Below are positions 36,046 through 39,627 of a stretch of 39,627 nucleotides of DNA, piece by piece. The stretch's first letter is position 1, and each line of letters starts with the position of its first letter. The position numbers were made by a program, and so were the translations under genes. The DNA comes from Octopus bimaculoides (taxonomy: Eukaryota). The stretch is from NCBI RefSeq assembly GCF_001194135.2, contig NC_068990.1, positions 62,660,107 to 62,699,733 of the forward strand, given 5' to 3'. The notes beneath the pieces are model-generated. The model was not told the origin of the DNA. It searched no databases and saw only the letters and a program-made list of their open reading frames with translations.

Positions 36046-36592
36046 GAAATAAGTAGACAATGTAGTCCTCGTATAAAAATAATATAGGAGAGGTTTAAGA
36101 TAAGATTAGCCTTTAACCTTAGATCCACTTGGTCTCGGGTGCCCCGAGTTTAAAAAGCAACAGTCCGAATATATTTCTTGTTAAATTAAACAACTGTGGT
36201 AATTAAGACAGAGCACTGTATTAAGTCACTAATACTTTCGATTTGTATTATAATGAGTTAAAAGTTAACTCGGAAAATGTTGTCATCATACGTATGTCTT
36301 GGATTTTTTTCATTCTATGCAAGTATCTCAAGCAAGTTATAAATAATCAGTCATCAGAGGAGATTTTTTTGCAAATTCTCCCAGTAACCTGTATAACTCG
36401 ATGATTTTCGCCAACTGATGCGTGAATGGACAGGACTTCCGTTTAGAATTAATGCTAATTTTTTCATATCCAGACAAATATAAGTGTTCTCAGTTGTTTG
36501 AACAACAATGATTTTTCTGTGTTTAATCAGATAAACCACCGCACAAAATGTTTCTTGGAACTTGGCGACGCAAGGATTCGAAATATTAATAA

Positions 36593-36823
36593 GCGGCGAT
36601 ATGGCAGAATCGTTAGCACGCTGGGTGAAATGCTTAGTGGCATTTCGTCTCTCTTACGTTCTGAGTTCAAATTCCGCTGAGATCAACTTTGCCTTTCCGC
36701 CTTTCGGAGGCGATAAATTAAGTACCAGTGAAACACTGGATCGATGTAATCGACTATTCCCCCCCCCCCCACACACAAAAAAAATTCAGGTCTTGTGCCT
36801 TTAGTAGAAACGGATTGTTAATA
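36593..36823 (+). mobile_element. SINE family B, full length
   Basis: GCGGCGATATGGCAGAATCGTTAGCACG...GAGTTCAAATTCCGC...GATAAATTAAGTACCAG. Confidence 0.9.
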
Positions 36824-36867
36824 GTGACACACATTTGTCAGATGTCATAGTAACTTCGCTCATACTA

Positions 36868-37811
36868 TTAGGTTGTTCCGAAAATAATGGCAGATTTCAA
36901 AAACATAATTTTATCCTGGAAAAATTAACAATAGAAATGTTTTGATTAGTCAAAGTATGAGCCGTGAACATCTCTGCATCTCAGCCATCGATGAACGATA
37001 TTATTTATGCTTCGTTGATGAAAACTTATTGACTTTGATGCTAAGAAATCTTTGAAAACTGATTCCACCTATGGTTTGGACCTGAAAGTTTTATCACTTA
37101 AAAACGTGTTTAAATGCTTTAAAAAATGGTAGTCAGTGGATTGAAAGATCAGGAGAATATGGAGAATGTAGTAAAGTCTCGTATCCCAAGTCTGTGAGTT
37201 TCTGCAGTGTCATTCTTGTAGAATGTAGCTTTGCATTATCGTGGAGCAGAATTGGGCAACGCCGATTCACCAATGCAGGTCTCATTTTTTGCAAGTGAGC
37301 ATGCATTTCAGCAAGTTGATTGCAGTAAACCTCTTCTGTAATATTCTGATTGGCTTCCAGAAAACTGTAATAAATAACACCAATTGCAGACCACCAGATA
37401 GTCACCGTAATCTTTTGCTGATGTAATTTTGACTTTGGGAAATGTTTGAGGGATTCATCACGATTAAGCCGATCTGATCGTTTACGGTTATCATAAAGGA
37501 TCCACTTTTCGTCACAAGTGACTATTTGGCCAAGAAAAAGATCATTGGTGTTTCGCAGAAAGAGCATCGAGCACATTTCAAAACACCAAACTTGTTGATT
37601 TTCATTGAGCTCATGCGGTACCCATTTATCAAGAAAAGTAAGCGAAGGTCCTTTTTTGTCATATTCATAAGTAAGAAGGGTGCCTATGCTTCAAGAATGT
37701 TTTCTGTCTGAAATAAGTACAAAATTATTAAAGAGCATACATCAATTATTAAGTATGTCGAAATTCACCTAAAATATAATTAAAATACTATGATAACATT
37801 GCGTAACCTAA
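36868..37811 (-). mobile_element. mariner (DD34D-type) element with deleted DNA-binding domain; transposase pseudogene
   Basis: TA-flanked ends TTAGGTT...AACCTAA. MTKKDLRLLF is joined out of frame to LDKWVPHEL, followed by IVTCDEKWILYDN, LLHDNA, PYSPDL and a frameshifted TDYHFFKHL...GSYFD* (stop 36946-36948). Confidence 0.95.
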
Positions 37812-38184
37812 TAAAAGTATTGGTTCAATTTGTTTATACCAATCTTGCAACTTACGACAAACATGCACAATGGACGTCGTCAAGAATTATTCTAACATTA
37901 AAACCAAGACAACAATAAACAAACAAACAAAACGAAGGTGAGCAACGAAATGATGTAATTTAAATAAACTTCTTTGAAATGTGATTCCGCTGAGATGCGT
38001 CGACTCAGGAGCAGAAGAAAATCAAATTGTTTAGGCAACAGAGTGTTTGAATTTATCAAATTGGCTTGCCTCTTCATATCAGCAGAACCAAAACAGGAGC
38101 TCTTGTAATGCTTCTTTGAAACTTAGACTCCAGAAATGGCCACTGCACTGGTACTCGATAAATGATTTTCAACACTATTTTTTA

Positions 38185-38391
38185 GCTTTTAACTTTTATT
38201 GCTTCAGTCATTTCACTGTGGCCATGCTGGAGCACCGCGTTGAAAACTTTTTAGCAGAATGAATTGACCCCCAGTATTTTTTGTTTAAGCCGATATTTAT
38301 TTCATCAGTCTTTTTGTCGGACTGCTAAGTTACTGAGGCGTAAATACAACACCAGTTGTCAAGTAGAGGTGGACAAATACAGACACAAAGC

Positions 38392-38453
<62 letters not shown>

Positions 38454-38609
38454 TATATATCTTTTACGACGGGCTTCTTTCAGTTACTATCTACCAAATC
38501 CACTCACAAGTCTTCATTCAGCTTGGGGCTATTATAGAAAATACTTGCTCAAGGTGCCACTTAGTGGGTCTGAGACTGGAACCATGTGGTTGGGAAACAA
38601 GCCTGCGCC
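38185..38609 (-). mobile_element. SINE family A, near full length
   Basis: Minus strand has a tRNA-like head, CORE-like GGCACCTTGAGCAAG, GTGAGTGGATTTGGTAG, an internal (TG)n and the CCAGCATGGCCACAGT tail. Confidence 0.85.
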
Positions 38610-38748
38610 TATCATCTGCAAACTTAATGGTGTCGATCCTGGGAGAGGGCAAATGATTCCTTGAATTTCTCCTCAATCGTTTGACATGAATATACCATTC
38701 GCTTTAAAACGACTGCGGTTTCCTATAATAAATACCCAACTGTCTTAC

Positions 38749-38865
38749 GTTGATATTTACGAGTTGAAGACAAAGTTTCCAGAGGAGCTGATCGTATCTT
38801 CCGGCTCTAGTGTGCTCACACGAGCACTTATATGCTGCTGCTTGCAGATGAGCGCTCCAACAGAC
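38749..38865 (-). CDS. Candidate 117-nt (or 105-nt) exon of an unidentified gene
   Basis: Acceptor ATATTTCCAG; donors AAC|GTAAGA (38748) or CTC|GTAAAT (38760). Open frame VCWSAHLQAAAYKCSCEHTRAGRYDQLLWKLCLQLVNIN in a GC-richer unique island. Confidence 0.15.
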
Positions 38866-39129
38866 CTGGAAATATTCGCCGATCAATTACAATTCAGTCC
38901 TCCAACCAGAAAGACATGTCATAATGATGAAAACAAAACGCTGACTAAAGACGTTTTATGAAGCGGTCATCATAAATATGGATTGGAAATATATAAACAA
39001 TATTAAAATATTTGTCCGACCATTGAATGACAAAATGGAATAGGCAGGGCAGGAGGAAATACATAGGACAGAAAGTCGTTGAAGAGGTCACACAATGTCT
39101 GACGAAAGAAATTTGACGAACAAATAAGC

Positions 39130-39587
39130 ATTGATTTTAAATTTTGGTACAAGGCCTGCAACTTCGGAATAGGGGGTAAGTCGATTGCATTGACCCTAGT
39201 GTTTAACTGGTGCTTATTTTTATCGCCCACGAAAAGACGAGAAGCAAAGTCGACCTCAGCGGAATTTGAGCTCAGAACATGAAGACGGACGAAATGCGGC
39301 TGAGCATTTTGGCCTGGTGTGCTAACAGTTCTGCTTGCTCGCCACCTAAACGTTGAAAACAAATATTTGCTTCAAATTGTGGCAAAAGGGCCAGCGCTTT
39401 TGGAAGAAGAGGTAAGTCAATTACATCGACCCCAGTTGTTTAACTGGATGATATTTATTTTATCGACCCTGAAAAGATGAAGGGCAAAGTTGACCTCAAC
39501 GGAATTTGAACTCAGAATGTATAAACGGACGAAATGCCGCTAAGTATTTTTGGCCCGGCGTGTTAACGAGTCTGCCAGCTCACCGCC
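39130..39587 (-). mobile_element. Two tandem family B SINEs (39130-39346, 39363-39587)
   Basis: Both show the reverse complement of GGCG..GAGC.GGCAGA..CGTTA.CAC and AAGGCAAAGT-type cores, about 16 bp apart. Confidence 0.9.
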
Positions 39588-39627
39588 TTGACGGACAAAA
39601 TAAATATTAAAACATTTATTAAACCTT

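Larger units (their letters stand above)
35715..36130 (+). mobile_element. Repeat family C copy split by the telomeric MITE
   Basis: CTAGAAATAATAGTCAAGTTTCTCTCAAATC before the MITE and TAGACAATGTAGTCCT after it follow the order seen in 34943-35123. Confidence 0.45.

Overview
AT-rich, microsatellite-dense animal genomic DNA. The SINE, RTE and Penelope repertoire points to an octopus scaffold assembly (inference from recognised repeat families). Ten N-gaps total about 3.9 kb: 780-1327, 2207-2324, 12214-12723, 13703-13828, 15952-16164, 19509-20209, 21337-21913, 23158-23705, 26741-27119, 31033-31183. Most abut microsatellites. I found no complete or identifiable host gene, only a few weak candidate exons, so the window is probably intergenic or a large intron. 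Nearly all long ORFs in the track are artefacts of N-runs or simple repeats. Decayed mobile elements dominate: a Tx1/L1 ORF2 fragment, three RTE-clade relics, two Penelope-like fragments (RT; RT C-terminus plus GIY-YIG), two internally deleted Tc1/mariner elements, and over 20 SINE copies or fragments in four families (labelled A-D here). The most interesting items are: (1) a 451-bp element with perfect 40-bp inverted ends carrying a minimal type I hammerhead ribozyme fold; (2) a 242-bp MITE with an 8-bp target duplication whose interior is a (TTAGGG)n array; (3) two retroposon copies with twin-priming-like 5' inversions; (4) a short element joining an RTE 5' UTR to an RTE 3' end. Family names come from motif recognition, not database searches, and relic boundaries are approximate.
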